Positions 1 through 13,478 of a stretch of 64,000 bases of DNA are shown here, one piece after another (the first letter of the stretch is position 1; the number at the start of each line of letters is the position of its first letter). A model generated the notes under the pieces. The model saw only the letters and a list, made by a program, of their open reading frames with translations, had not been told where the DNA came from and made no database searches. Made by a program: the position numbers and the translations under genes. Origin of the DNA: Lophium mytilinum (lineage: Eukaryota); the NCBI GenBank assembly GCA_010093605.1, contig MU004193.1, forward strand, positions 999,520 through 1,063,519, read 5' to 3'.

Positions 1-636
1 TGATGAAGAAGAACGAAGCAAAGTATGCTCAGGTTGTTGATCCTGAGAAGATCGCCGACATTTTAGGTATCAGCAGTGTTATGGTCCAGGACATGAGCGG
101 CAAACGGTACTATCACCTAGCTTATCGTCTTGTTTCATATACTTTCCTAAAGCTGACTAAACTTAGATTCAATAACTACCACTTCAACATGGAGACAATG
201 ACCTCCTTCGAGGGAGACACTGGACCGTACCTCCAGTACTCGCACGCTCGGCTATGCTCGATGTTTTCCAAGGCAGGCGTTCCAGCTTCTGACTTTGAGT
301 CGGCAGATCTCAGTCTTATGATTGGACCTCACGCAATCAACCTGGTTCGGCTTCTTGCTCGATTCCCGGACACGATTCAAAATAATCTGAAGACACACGA
401 ACCTACTACGGTCTTAACCTATCTCTTTCGCCTGACACATGCTCTGAATAGCAGCTAAGATGTGCTCAAGGTGATTGGAAGTGGCCAGAGCTGATGAAGA
501 CTCGGTTGGCATTGTATGATGCAACAGGATCAGTGATCAACAGCGGAATGCGTCGTCTCGGCCTCAACCCGGTCGAACGGTCAGTCTCGGACTCATCCAA
601 CGGTTTTCGTCTGCTAATGCATTTGTTAGTATGTGA
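1..636 (+). pseudogene. Arginyl-tRNA synthetase C-terminal (DALR anticodon-binding) part, disrupted; 5' end outside window
   Basis: Motifs FEGDTGPYLQYSHARL, HEPTTVLTYLFRLTH, RLALY..GM..LGLNPVERM*. Introns ~107-166 and ~580-629. In-frame TAA at 456-458 (NSS*DVLKV) and a 1-nt frameshift near 483-493. Confidence 0.8.
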
Positions 637-1402
637 GTGCTACACCGTAAAGCTTAAGCAATGGATGGCGGAGCGCTTGCCTCCAGATTTTATCAATGAA
701 TCGGGCTGTGAAGCTTGAACACCTCCTTGCTTCTATGATAGATAGGCCGCCTCCTGACGGTGCATTTCTATCATTTCTACCGTTGACACCACGGAAAACT
801 CTGCTAAAAGCCGGTTGACCGCACAGTTGAAACCGAGGCCAAAGAGCTAGGGAAGTCACGTCAAACGCAGTTCGATGCCTTGCAAAAATAAGATGATGTA
901 GTCAACAATTTCCAAAAGCGATTGACGACTGCGCTGCCATTGGAGCCCTGCTTCTCTGCCTTCGAGCCGGTGACCTACTCATATGGTTCCCAAGTGGCTC
1001 ATTACGATTCGTCATGCGGCTTGCTGAGAATGACGATAGAAGGGACAAGATTACGAGCTACTTTGAGACCGTTTTATTCATTACTTTGATGCGTCCAGCT
1101 TCACGGCCAGCGACTCGATGCCGAAGACGTGGTTCAAGATGACCTCAAATCACGTCGGATTAACGAGAAGAAATAGATAGGTGACCAAATATGTATTGAC
1201 GTGAGTAGGGTGACATGAAGAGGTGAACGTTGCGGGCAGCATCCCTGTCTGACGCTAGAGCTAAAGCGGAATCATGTTGACATTTTTCTCGCACAGCAAC
1301 CGAGCCGAACTTTTCAACCTCACCAAACATCCTCAACCACCACCGCCCACTCACGCATCTCGGTCCTACACTCCTGGGAGTCGAGTTCCTAAGGCAGCAA
1401 TA

Positions 1403-3388
1403 ATGCCTCGCAAGCAGGTCTACGGCAAACGTGCCCCGGCCATGTCGCTCTTTTCGAATATTCTTGATTCCTCGAGCCCGGAGCAATTAGATGTGAACGC
1501 ACCACGACGTCGGAGGATGCCAGGGGAGAAAAGGGCTGCGAAGAAGACAGAAACCGAGCTGAAAGATATAAAGAATGAAAGGATACAGGAGGCGGAAGTT
1601 GCGAAGCAAGAGGCGGTCAAGACACAAGGGCATGAGGATACTGCACTGGGCGATATTGAGAACCAGATGGAGAGCTTGAAACTTGAGGCTGCAGATACAG
1701 AAGCGCGATCGAAAGAGAGTTCGAAAGAGAAGAAGGCTAGGAAAGCGCTGAGAACAAAGGATGCGAATTCGAACCCGGTCGCTACGGAGGGGATCAAGCA
1801 GAAACGACGCATAAAACCTACATCTGTGATCATACCGGTGGATACAGAATCCCATAATGAGGTGCCTGTGGAGATAGCTCTAAAAGAGATGCCACTAGCA
1901 GAGCAACCTCTAGATGCCCTAGCCAAGTTGGCGATACGCCCGAAGTCGTCACATGAAAACCACCAGGTCCAAGCCCAAGCTGCAATCCTTCCTAAACAAC
2001 ATGTGGAAGACAAGTATACACATATACGGCCACTCCTCGACCTTTGCAGCGATCCTGCTGCACGACAAGCCCCAACACCGTTCTCGTCCTGGTCCTCAAA
2101 GCTCGAACCCCACTTCGACGTTTCCAAGATCGCCGAAGCCTCCTACGGCGAAGTCTACCGACTCTCCCTAAAATCCTCCATCCCCGGCTTCACAAAAGCA
2201 GACGAGTCGGTACTCAAAATAATGGCTCTAAAGCCATCACCAGAACTATGTCCAATTATCTCCGAAGATGGTACGATGTCTAAAGCCGACCTTGCTCGCC
2301 AGGGTAAAATAGGTTGGATGTCTTCGCCCGCATCCGTGCTATCGGAAGTCCAACTCCTCCAGCTCATGACGCCGATACCTGGCTTCACGAACTTCCGCGA
2401 GTTGCGGATACTCGAAGGCCGCCCAGCACCCGCATTCGTTACAGCATGGAAGGCATGGAACAAGAGCAAGATCAAGGGCGAGAAGAGTGTTTTCCCAGAC
2501 CCAAGCCGCAAAGCTAATTATGACGAAAACCAACTATGGGCCGTTGTCGAAATGCAGGACGCTGGGTGCGATCTCGAGAACATCGAGTTACGAGACATTT
2601 GGAGTGTGTGGGACGTATTCTGGGGCGTGGCGCTCGCCATCGGCAAGGGAGAAAAAGGCGTCCGCTTTGAACACCGCGATCTTCATCTCGGAAACATTTG
2701 TATCCGCTCGTGTCGATCACCATCAGAAGATGCCGAGAACACAGACCCAGCGTCCGCTCTCACTGCCCAGAAGATTCGCAATACGCACCGCAAACTCGGC
2801 TTCACGGGCCTCGAAACTACGATTATCGACTACACCCTCTCTCGCGCTGACATCGCCGACTCTCCGGCGCCTGCTGTACAGGATGTGGCCTTCCTGGACC
2901 TCGAGGCTGACCCCGCCATCTTCAGCGCCGACGCGACGTATGAGTACCAGTACGAGATATATCGCCACATGCGCTCGGCCATCTACTACGGTCGTCCACT
3001 CGCTTTCACCTCTCCAGATCCTTTAACCCTCCCCGCCCACCTCCTTAAAGCAACCACGTGGCGAGAATTCCATCCCATCACGAATCTTATCTGGCTCCAC
3101 TTCTTGCTGCATAAGCTCCTCGAAAACGTGGTCTGGCCGTCGAGCGATCCGGAGCTCGAGATCACGTTGGCGAGGGTGGACGGAAAGGTAAAGAGGGCGG
3201 AGCGGAGGGCGCGAAAGATCGAGCGAGCGTTGGTAGCATTAAGGGACATGTTAGATCCGGAGGTGCTCGGAGATCACGGAGACGAAAGGGGCGTGGCCAG
3301 TGTAGGGGAGCTAGTCGCGGTTGCGTTGGTGGAGGGGTGGTTGGGCGAGGAGGATGTGGTGGGTATTGCTGGAGAGGGCAGTTGGTGA
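1403..3388 (+). CDS. Haspin-family protein kinase
   Basis: Single-exon ORF with KIAEASYGEVY, FEHRDLHLGNICI, haspin-type TIIDYTLSRA, YQYEIYR and TNLIWLHFLL after a disordered N-terminus. Start placed at the ATG of MPRKQVYGKR. Confidence 0.9.
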   Translation: MPRKQVYGKRAPAMSLFSNILDSSSPEQLDVNAPRRRRMPGEKRAAKKTETELKDIKNERIQEAEVAKQEAVKTQGHEDTALGDIENQMESLKLEAADTEARSKESSKEKKARKALRTKDANSNPVATEGIKQKRRIKPTSVIIPVDTESHNEVPVEIALKEMPLAEQPLDALAKLAIRPKSSHENHQVQAQAAILPKQHVEDKYTHIRPLLDLCSDPAARQAPTPFSSWSSKLEPHFDVSKIAEASYGEVYRLSLKSSIPGFTKADESVLKIMALKPSPELCPIISEDGTMSKADLARQGKIGWMSSPASVLSEVQLLQLMTPIPGFTNFRELRILEGRPAPAFVTAWKAWNKSKIKGEKSVFPDPSRKANYDENQLWAVVEMQDAGCDLENIELRDIWSVWDVFWGVALAIGKGEKGVRFEHRDLHLGNICIRSCRSPSEDAENTDPASALTAQKIRNTHRKLGFTGLETTIIDYTLSRADIADSPAPAVQDVAFLDLEADPAIFSADATYEYQYEIYRHMRSAIYYGRPLAFTSPDPLTLPAHLLKATTWREFHPITNLIWLHFLLHKLLENVVWPSSDPELEITLARVDGKVKRAERRARKIERALVALRDMLDPEVLGDHGDERGVASVGELVAVALVEGWLGEEDVVGIAGEGSW

Positions 3389-4559
3389 AGGTTCTGACGA
3401 TGAGATGATTGGAGTTTGGGTGTGTGGGCCAGATGAGTGGGTGCATTAAGCGGTTTTCTGAGCTTTGGATGCATTGCGAGCGGCATGATTGACGTGACCC
3501 AGACGGAATTATGAAATGCATGTAGCATCTGCTATCTTCCCAGGAAAATACGAGACTTTTCAATCCTTCAATCACGAACTTCTCTCATTTCCACCCCCTC
3601 TTAGTCATCAACTACTTTCCTCGTTGCTATAAAACCAAACTACCTGTCCCTTATAGAGTTTTTCCTTGGTGCGTTAGGAGGCCATGCTGGGGCTGGGATG
3701 AAAAATGCCCAATCGATCATTTCATGGGCGCTCGGAGAATTTTCAGTCTCAAAATACTTGCATCTCATGGACTACCCAGACAATGATACCCACCACCGTC
3801 CCCCCTTCCTTTCCACGTTCTTCCCCTTTATCAATCTACCTCATCCTCGTCTCAAAAACATGCACACCATCACCAAACATCCCCGCCGATACCGAAACTC
3901 CGACAATCTCCACCGCCCAGCCATCACGTTGTTGATAGAAAAGTTTTGATCCGCCAACACACAGAGCCGCCATTAAATGATGCGACAACCTATGTTAATT
4001 CCCCGCGTTCATTCTGCCAGCTCCTTGAGTTCTCGAGGAAAGATTTGAAAGAGGAGAGGGAATATATAGCTGAGAAAAGCGACTGTCACGTGGGCGTCAT
4101 GTGGATGTCATAGGCTAACTCCGAGTGATGCTGCAAGGGGGATAGTAGGCGTTGGGAGAGTATTTAGATGGTTTGGGTTGAGATGGATTACTTTTTGTCG
4201 CCCTTCGATCCGCTCGTCTTCTTTGTGCGTTTATGCGGAGCAAGGTGAATACATATCCTCTTCGATGCAGGAGGGGCGGCCATTACGTCTCATGCCTAGA
4301 GACTCACAAAAAGACAGCAGGAGACTTTGTTGCTCCACCACTTGTCTTCGCTGTTGCACGTTGAAGGTCTCTGCATATCTAGAAAACTGCGTTACTCATT
4401 CGCTAAAATACGCTTCTAAACGCCGCCGCGAGTCTTTGCAACTACTCAACATCATCTCCTCTCACTACCCGTCACTCACATTCCATGATAACCCTCCGCA
4501 TCACCACATTTCGCTGAACCCCCTCCAGCCATCCTACTTCTCCACCAACATAATTCAAC

Positions 4560-5530
4560 TTTAGATTGGATTTTGAACCCTCCTACCTCCACCACCACCA
4601 TGTAGAGCGGAAGGCATTTGTTTTGCCCTCCTCCCCATCCTCCATGTCATCCCCCTTGTCACCATGTTGATCTCACCCGCCCTCTCCACGGTCATCGCAT
4701 TCTGGGAATCGCGGTTTCGATACTCCAACCATGGCTCCGGACAAGGCCAGATTCTGCACAGCCCCTCCTCTCGACTCCACTCCATACGGTGATATGGTCA
4801 CGCTTTTTATTCTTCCTCCATAACCCGACGTTGGTTTCGAGATTGATCTCCCCAGCCCTCTCCACCACCATGAGATTCTCTGGATTCCGCTTTCGATCCC
4901 CCAACCATGCGTTTCGGAGATCGGTTATTTTGCACCTCATCACCTCTCGAATCTACTCCATAATCTGACTTTGGTCGAGTTTTCATCCTTCCCCATCGTT
5001 GTGACGAAGGGGTTATTTTGCACTAACGGTGCTCCACACCATGGATAACCCGGTTCAGCTTTTTTGATCCTCCAACCATAAATTCTGCTGATTTATGTTT
5101 TTGCACGACGCCACCTCTCGACACCACTCCATAACGGCTTTAGTAGCTCTGGTTTTGATCCTCCTCCCATGGTTTGATTTTGGTGATGTTTTTGCACTCC
5201 AACACCAGAGCACTCCACACCATCGGCAATAATGGTCTCCTGGTTTTGACCTCTACCCATAACTGGTTCGAGGGTAAGGTTTTGCACCGGCACTAGTCCC
5301 TCCACTCCACTCCACACCATAGCTCCATTGGATAGATTCTTTTGATCCACCACCAACCCCCTCCATGAAGCCAACAGTCTTGATTGAGTTGAACCTCCAC
5401 ACCATTGCAATCTTTTCTCGCAGGTCTTGCTCCACGCCATTCTCCTGTCGGGCGTGGAGTGTTTTGATCCCTCCCCTCCACCCATCAGTTGTACTAAGCC
5501 ATGGATTTTGATCCCTCTCCCTCCACTCCA
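4560..5530. repeat. Degenerate tandem repeat array, ~83-95 bp period
   Basis: TTTTGCAC ends at 4935, 5023, 5106, 5197 and 5287. CTCCAYACCAT/CTCCATAA and GTTTTGATCCTCC motifs recur with the same spacing. Confidence 0.7.
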
Positions 5531-6351
5531 CGTTTCCTCCCCTCCTTGCTGAGTGTCGAAGTCGGGGACGACCTGGGGTTTTATACCCTCGAGGATGGGA
5601 CAAGTTTAGGTGGCACGTGGGAGGGGCGGGGGCGTGTGATGTGGCATGGTCAGCTGGGGGGAGGCGGTGAGGGGAGGGGATGCAGAGGACGTTGCGCTGT
5701 CAATGCCATGTGATAGTCTACGTAGATGGATGTGGAGAGGTAGATGTGGATAGGGAAATGCATATTCGGAAGGAGGAAGGTCTGGTGAGTTTGATATGCT
5801 TAAAGGTAAAAGCAGTATGATCATGAGATGCGTGAGAGACGTTGAATATGAACAGGAACCTGAGCGCGAGAACAGGAATGTTATACGTTGAGTGAAACAA
5901 TTGCAGAAAATCAGGACCTGACATACATTGTGGAGTTAGTGTCGAGACATCACCATCACGAGCAACCAACAGAGTGTTCATAATATACAACCATAGTAAG
6001 CTGCAAGTATGTGTATTCGCATATCGAATCGGCCGGTACCTGATTCCAGACAAAACACCACCACCCTCCCACGTCATGAAATCATTCCCAATCCGATCCA
6101 GTCCATAAGCGACGGCACCGAAGTGCGTCAAAAGCAAATACCAGAAACGCCATTATACCGTAACCGGGTGTCGGTGAACCTCGAAGCAGAGCAGAGCAAA
6201 GCAGAGCATAGAAGTTGAGCAAGAAGGACCTCCGTCGCCCATCCGACATTATGAACCTGGGCGCAAGAAAAGCCAGCCCATACCCGTGTTGTCGTAGAGT
6301 AAGGCAGAGTAGACGACGGGCAGAGTATAGAGTAGGTAGGTGTGAATTGCT

Positions 6352-6939
<588 letters not shown>

Positions 6940-9133
6940 GATGAACAGGTATTGTGGTTGGAGTTATTTGATGAGGCTGATGATTGAACACACGCGTCGG
7001 GACGTGTGGTGATGGATTTGGCGGGTGGCGGTGGTGTGGATGGATGCGGGTTGCGAGACTTGGAAGAGGAAGAAGAATTTGGCGGGCAGCGGGAGTTTAA
7101 GTAGGCGGGCGAGGGCGGGCGGTGATCCAGGCAGGCAGCGCTCGCTGTGTGGTTGGCGCTAGGCTGGTTGGGGCAGGGGCGGGCGGGAACATGAATGCAA
7201 TTGCCCCCTCGCGCAACCGAAACAACTGCGTCTTACGATGTGCTGCTTTCCAGCGCTTTGAAAAGAGCCTTGGCGCTCTCTTTCTCGCGCTGATTCTGAG
7301 CATTTATGCGCTAGCGACCAAAGCGGTGCGTTAGCCGAGGGGACCCCTGTCGGAACATCAACATCGCCAGCCGCATCAATGTGACAGCAGGACTGGAAGA
7401 GGACAGTCACGGTCGGATAAGCGAGGAAAGACTATGGAATCACGCAGAGAGCTGGCTAGATCACAGCCTATGGCCTGGAATTGCTCGCTAGACGACTTTC
7501 ATCGATCTACAGCCTTCGAAGAGTCCAGCAGCGTCCTCAGCTCCTCATAAAGCCCTCCGCTCTCTCATCTCAAGTAGCGAAGGTAATCGCATAGGTGAAG
7601 AAGGTAACTCGTAGATTCTACTATAGAGAGCATGTGAACAATCAAACTGGCAAACCTATCTATCCGCCATATTCCTCTCTTCCCCTCCTACTACCATCCT
7701 GTCCCCCAAACCCCCCGATCTCTCACCACCCCTTTCTCCTCCTCACCCCCTCGCCACCCCTCCCAGCACCTGTGACTCACTCACTCGAGCCCCTCACCCA
7801 GAGAAGAGCAGCTAGCTAGGCTGCAACGCAGGACTCGCGCGGCAGCTGCGGCATCTAGGTCCGAACTCACCAACCATCTTCCGCACTAGGACCCTTCTGG
7901 TGCTCCATAACCCTTCTCTCATCCCGCCTAGCCTTGTCTGTACCGGTGCCCCGCATGTCCTCTACGCGCTCTGCTGTAATGTGTCTCAGAGGCCTGAAAA
8001 TGCCGCAAGATGCCCCGGATGGGACAATCTAGCGCTATAGAGGTAGTCTTTGATGCCCCCTCCCCATGTTGCCCCTCTTGCGCAGACAAACGATGGGGAG
8101 ATCGAAACCCGTCTACCCTAGCTGATCATGCGTATACCCAAGACGCGACGGAGTAGCTCTGTACTGTGACTTGCCGTTTTCAGGTTGCCACTGGAAGGGC
8201 CCTTGGGAAACGAAAAGGCTTGAGGATAGACGCAGTATAAGATGAGGCAGTGGATGTATCGAAGTTATTCTGGCGGTGCGCGGAGATGTAGGCGAAGGAA
8301 ATCCTTACATCTTGCAGGGGGGGCCGAGAAGTGTCGCTGGTCTTCGCCGGAGGGATGGTGTGTCTTCGAGAATTCGTAGAGAAAGTCCCCCCCGCTGGTT
8401 GACATGCCACGTCGGGAGATGATTAGCGCTTGCTGAAATGGGTAGGCATACGAGTAGTCTAGATTACCCACCTCCTAGTAGGGTGTATCTCCTAGACAAG
8501 TGCAGCATAAACTGCGTCGGCTGGGTTGACGATCTAAGGCCCTCTTCACGTACCGTAAGCCTACCCTAGCATTAGCTCGAAATCATGCACATCCAACACA
8601 TGAGTCACATCCCCAGACCGCTTGTGCTAGAAGCCCGAGGGGCTAAAATTGATATCTACTAAAGTCGAATCGAATATTAGCCTACCCCGTCCCCCCTCCG
8701 TAACAACCCCAAAAAGCAAGAAAACCCCAAGCAATAAGAGGAAAAGAAGACCAAAAGAAAGCCCCATCTTACGCGCTCCACCAATGCTAGTCGTAAAAGT
8801 CATGTCATGACAAAGCCTGCCCTCCCACCAGCTGGCAGAAGAAAAGCCAAGCCTCGCTCGCCTACCCACCCGCCGCCTCACTCGTTCATGTTCGTCTTTT
8901 GCAAGAAGCAATGCACACAAGCAGCTATGTAGGCACCAGGTCATGTCGTCAGTCGTGAATATCGTCACTATGTGTCCGTGGTATCGTCTTCAAGCTTTCT
9001 GTTGCTGGCTCCAGAAGGGGTATACGCTGGCTGCGTGGAAGCAGCCGGGGAATGCAAAGGAGAGAAGCGCCTGTTCTGTTTGCGTTGATCCAGGAATCTA
9101 TCCCTCGCACATAGGGAGACGTTCTCTGCTCAA

Positions 9134-10973
9134 TCAATACCGTCTTCGGCTGCTGTCATAGGTGATCTCGTGCTCGTAGAAGCGGTCGTCGTACTTTGAT
9201 GGCCGACGGTCGCGGATTTCCTCGCGCTCGAACTCAATCGCCCGGATGCGAGACTGGCGCTTGCGTCGAATGTCGTCTGATAGTTCGACTAGCTGGAGAA
9301 CGTCCTCCTGTGAATTTTGTCAGTGATCATGCATAATTCTCCAGAGATGGCGTTACTTACGTAGCGCAGGTATTCCATAACGTAGAAGAAAAATTCCGTC
9401 TCCTCATAATCGAAACCCATGCTGTCAATGGCTTCCTTCAGCACAAGATCCTTGGTGATCTCGGTCCACATGTCCTTCGTCTTTGGCTTGGAACTGGCTG
9501 GGGCACCGAATCCTGAAGATATCTCCTCATCCCCAGCGATGAACTTGGAGCGACGAACGCCGTTATACGCCTGCCAGGTTACTTCCTGGGCACCACCGCC
9601 CTGGCCCTGCATCTTGACGCGGTTGGTTCCTGGCGGTACGTCGACAATCGCCCAGTCCTTGGTAGCACCGTTGTACGCCTCGCCTATATATGCACGTTCA
9701 GCCGTCTTGCGGGCATAGAATTCAGCCTCCTCCTCAAGATCGTCATTCTGGGTGGTGAAGCGGCGTCTTGGTGCGCTGTACGATCGGCGGCGTTGGGTGC
9801 GGTCGATTTCCCAATCGTCTTCTTTGCGTTCAATCGTCTCGCGCTCGTAAAGGACTTCACGTCTGCCTTCACCTCCACTTCGGCCCCTAGGAATGGTTAG
9901 AAGGTAAATTGTGCGTGCTATGTAAGGGTACTTACTCTCTTCTACGGATCGAAATCTCAAGAGACTCATCGCGTGGAGGAGGAGATGGGGGAGGTGGTGG
10001 GGTTGGCGATCGGGCTCGCTCAATGCCTGCAGTATGTCAGTCCTTCGCTGCTCTAAATATGGCGCTGATCGCCACGGAACATACCATGATCAATGTGGCG
10101 GTGGTGCGTGATGACCTCTTGGATGATGGGTGGTCGAATGATTGGTTCAACGATTGGTTCTGGAGGCGGGGGCGGTGGTGGGGGAGGGGTCGGTGAGCGC
10201 TGTTCCATTCGTCTGATGATGATTTCTTCCTTGATCTCCTCACGCGGAGGCTCGGGACGACGACGGACAGTGAACTCTTCGCGTTCTCGGGCAACAAGCT
10301 CTCCTCGTTCTCTCGGAGGCGGTAAGCTTTTCTCGCGGTTGCGGATGACGATGGAATCTCGCTCGACCTCGCGTTCCCTCCCATGACGGCTCTCTTCTCG
10401 TCGGAAGCTGACTTCATCTCGCTCGAACTCGCGTGATGGGGGCGGTCTGTCGCGATGGCTGTGAGAAAAGGTGATATCTTCTCGTTCAACCTCGCGCTCG
10501 GGTGGGGGGCGGGGTCCACGACGGAAGGTAATGTCATCGCGTTCGACTTCGCGAACCTCTCTAGGTCTGGGACGGGAGCTGTCGCGATGCTTGATGGTGA
10601 TGTCGGTCTCTTCAACCTCACGCTCACGAGGACGAGGTCGCTCGCGCTCTTCACGGCGGATGGTGATATCGTCTCGCTCGATCTCTCTCGATGGTGGCCC
10701 TCGGCCGCCTCGGATCACGAGGGTGTCTTCCTCGACCTCGCGGCGTCGTGGAGGGCCCCTCACTTCTTCCGTGTGCCGATCGCGCACGACGAGAGGGCCA
10801 GCGGCGGTTCTTCCATAGTCCTCACGCAGGAAGTCGGGCACGCTGCGGCGCGGGTTGCCGCGTTGAATGTCGATATCTATATCGTCGTAGCTGGCTACGC
10901 TGCGGCCGCCGCCGTTGCCATAACGCTGGCGCTCTTCGTAGAGTTCAGCGGTGGGATAGCGTCGGGCAGACAT
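9134..10973 (-). CDS. Arg/Glu/Pro-rich fungal protein of unknown function (multi-exon)
   Basis: Starts MSARRYPTAELYEE. Internal repeats E(I/V)ERDDITxRR, poly-Pro, ITHHRHIDHG, and globular-looking C-terminal block DWAIVDVPPGT...MWTEITKDLV..EAI...YEETEFFFYVMEYLRY. GT-AG introns; stop TGA 9134-9136. Confidence 0.8.
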
Positions 10974-13478
10974 TGCGGGTAGGCGGCTAGGTGGTGTTGA
11001 GCCGTGCGGGCCGAAGGGAGATGGGACGAATGCGATGCAGCTGGAGAGAGAGAAGGCAGCAGGCAGCGGGTAGGTGGCGGGAGACGAGGTTTTGAAGGAC
11101 GGGGGGACTCGTCGGGCCACTGCAGACTTGGGCGGCGGGTGATGAGGCTGGGGCGTTTACATAGTGAGGAGAGCTGGCCTTGGTGCGAGATGCAGCGGGG
11201 CAGGATTGGGCTTGCCAATGACGTCGCGCACACCTTTGGAGAGACTTTTCCTGCCAGTCATCGCCCTCAACAACACCAAATCAATGCATGCTACCGGTCA
11301 GTCCAAAAAGCACCCTGTCGCCCGTTCCCCCTGGAATCTATGGATTTTTATCGAGGGCGTGCAGACAGCCGCAAGCCAGCCTACACCTTCCACTCGGCGG
11401 GGCTTTGCGGAGGGCGAAGCCCAATGAGTGTGCCCTACTCGTGACCGGTCCTCCAAAACACGAATCCTGCATCGTACGGCGCAGAAGGGCACAGTGCGCC
11501 CGATGCACTTCGCCCACTGCGCAGGAGCAGACGTTTGAGGCCTCGAGATCTGTTCAGATGGATCGTCTAGCCTTCCCGCTCGCTCGCAGCGGCAGTGAGC
11601 CTCCTCCCGGGGCCTATCCGTCCTATCCGTCGAGCTATTGGAGCCGATCAGCTGCTGTACCAAGGTGCTTCTTACGCATCGATTACGCCAGTTCGCTGGC
11701 TGTTTTCAGGGTCACAGCATCTTGGAGGTGGTGGTTTAGAACTTGGCCGTTATTCAACCACCCACGCCCACACCCAAATCCCTGCCGAGGATGACGTTGC
11801 CCCGTCTTAATCACAAGCTGACACGCCACTAAATCTGAGATTGAGTGTCCGAGGATTGATGCTGTCTGAAATGCAGCAAACTCGTTACAATTTTCAGGAT
11901 CATTTCGTTTGGAACTTTCAGTGTATTGAAGAACTTTCACGCAACTGCACGCAGAGGTGTTTCGAACTGGTATTGAGATTTGAGCCCTCGAAAGGCAGTC
12001 TCAACGCTTTTCGATGCGCGTGACGTTGACAGTCATGTTGTCAGCATCACCTACTACTCCTCGGCCTATCGCAATATCGTTACAAGATGATAAGTGTGGG
12101 TTGAAATGAGTAGACTATCACGTGAGCAACCAGCAGTCATCTCCCACGAACTTGATAGATACCTAGGCAACGACGTCTGAAGTCTCCCAACGTGTCTAAG
12201 GATTTTTCTCCATCAGCCCAACCGTAAATGGATGGGGCGCGGTTGATGTAGTGGAGACCTGAGCGGCAAGGTAGAATCAAGACCGGCATACAAGCGCGAA
12301 AGGTATCGTACATTCTAACGCGAGGTATGAAAGTCTTTCTGTTTCTTAGAAAGGCTCTTGTCACGACATTCCACTCTATTCGAACACGCTCCTTGTGAGA
12401 AGAAAGCTAAGCTTACGTTCCCAAGTCCACCAGAGACATATGGATCACGGGACCGTTGAAGCTTAACCAAAACCCATGCCCGGATATTCCCTATTCGCTC
12501 ACACTTCCCTTCAACTGTTAGTTTCATAGGCAAATATGCGTTGAGCTTACGAGCAGCAATGATGCAAGCGGCCATATCTGCAGCACAGCCTCTGTATGCC
12601 CAGCTTGCCCTTGTCACGTCGGCGCATGTAAAACGCCTACGCGGGTTTTGCAAGGCGCTTCGATGAAACCTGAAGTGCTTGACCATCAATATCATGGCAC
12701 AGGGGCTGTATTCATGACATGAATGCAGGCGGAGGCATTATAGGAACGGATGAAGGGTGTGTGGGGAGAGAACGGAGATGATAAAGAAGGCGGGAAGGTC
12801 GTACGCGTAGATCTAAGTGCATTCGACTGCAATATTACGGAAGGCCTCAATATGCAACGCGCAGAGGGGATACATACCTTGCAATACAAAGGTAGACTTA
12901 CAATGGTAACAAAAATGGGGGCGGCTATTAAGTAAAGCTAAACCAGATTAAGACTGGCACGCAGAACGGGCCTTTTCGTTCCGAGTCTTGCGTCAGTATA
13001 AACTCAATCCCTCCTATCTATGACAGCAAATCATCGCACATGTGGAAAACTATGGCACGAATCAATCGTCGTCCTACTCATCGTTATCGGATGCACTTAC
13101 TTGATCCCTCAATCCAAGATAAGCTGCTGTTTCACAATCCACGGATCCCCGCAATGTCAAAACCACTCCCCAGCATCTCTCGTATACATAGCGTGACCAA
13201 TCGCTTGTACATAAACCACGATAAGCTTCACCTGCGAGCGGCAGGTCTCAGCACCGTATCTCCTCCCACTCTGCGATTGCTATCTACCAACCGCCCGGAG
13301 ACGACGAACCATCATGGTAAGACGTCCGGACATGGCAATCGCTGGATGGCTGGAGTGAGGTGATCGACACGACGCAGTGTTCTGATTTTCCAATACATAT
13401 AATCGTCTGCGTCATACTTCGAAACTCTTCTCTGCCGCTTTTGTTCCTTTTACATCGTCGCGAGAATTGCCATTCAAT

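Noticed and set aside
10037..11444. Multiple overlapping ORFs around the R/E/P-rich gene
   Set aside because: Shadows of low-complexity GC-rich coding sequence.
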